Shown here in pieces: positions 34,560 to 34,844 of a stretch of 34,844 nt of DNA (positions are counted from its first letter, which is position 1; every line of letters starts with the position of its first letter). Made by a program: the position numbers and the translations under genes. The DNA is from Reclinomonas americana ATCC 50394 (Eukaryota): contig PS015260.1 of NCBI GenBank assembly GCA_048213135.1, forward strand, positions 24,433-59,276, in the 5' to 3' direction. The notes under the pieces are model-generated. The model ran no database searches. It was not told the DNA's origin and saw nothing but the letters and a program-made list of their open reading frames with translations.

Positions 34560-34844
34560 AAAGAGAGTGCAAAAGTGTGTGCAAAAGTGTGCAAAAGTGT
34601 GTGCGAAGAGCGTGCAAGTGTGTAATAGTGTGTGCACTAGAGTGTGCGCGACAGTGTGCGTGCAAGAGCGTGTGCAAGTGTGCATCAGTGTGTAAAAGTG
34701 TGAGCACGAGTGAGCAAAAGTGTGTGCCAAAGTGTGCAAAAGTGTGTACAAAGTGTACAAGAGTGTGCACAAGAGTGTGCGCAACTCTGTGCCTGCAAGC
34801 GTGTGTGTGCAAGCGCGTGTGCAAGAGCGTGTGCAAGTGTGCGA
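34560..34844. repeat. Degenerate 10-12 nt minisatellite (AAAGTGTGTGC-like) in intron
   Basis: Direct inspection; runs to the window end. Confidence 0.9.

Overview
Gene-dense draft scaffold from a GC-rich, probably unicellular eukaryote (lineage not determinable here), with many N-gaps, mostly 55-90 nt GT-AG introns and CT/GT microsatellite introns. About 13 spliced genes can be traced by hand: (1) an H-type-lectin-like x3 / EGF / 14-blade Asp-box beta-propeller protein, 5' partial; (2) a divergent MTHFR; (3) a secreted protein of a protist PTP-like family; (4) a type-II nucleotide-diphospho-sugar transferase with a long polyQ/P tail; (5,6) two tandem WD40-like + MLLE paralogues; (7) BAP29/31; (8) a Myb-like protein; (9) a myristoylated RGLG/copine-type vWA protein; (10) a PSP1-C domain protein; (11) a hypothetical protein with an intronic repeat array; (12) UDP-galactopyranose mutase; (13) a UGM first exon on the opposite strand that may belong to gene 12. 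Three genes have gap-bounded exon blocks on the opposite strand, probably scaffolding inversions. Top observations: a two-class 5' splice-site pattern in which donors lacking exonic -1G almost always read N|GTTRNG (canonical motif shifted by one nucleotide); a highly repetitive propeller with hypervariable loop codons on a lectin/EGF stalk; and a WD40-MLLE architecture. All gene models are manual inferences without transcript data or database searches.
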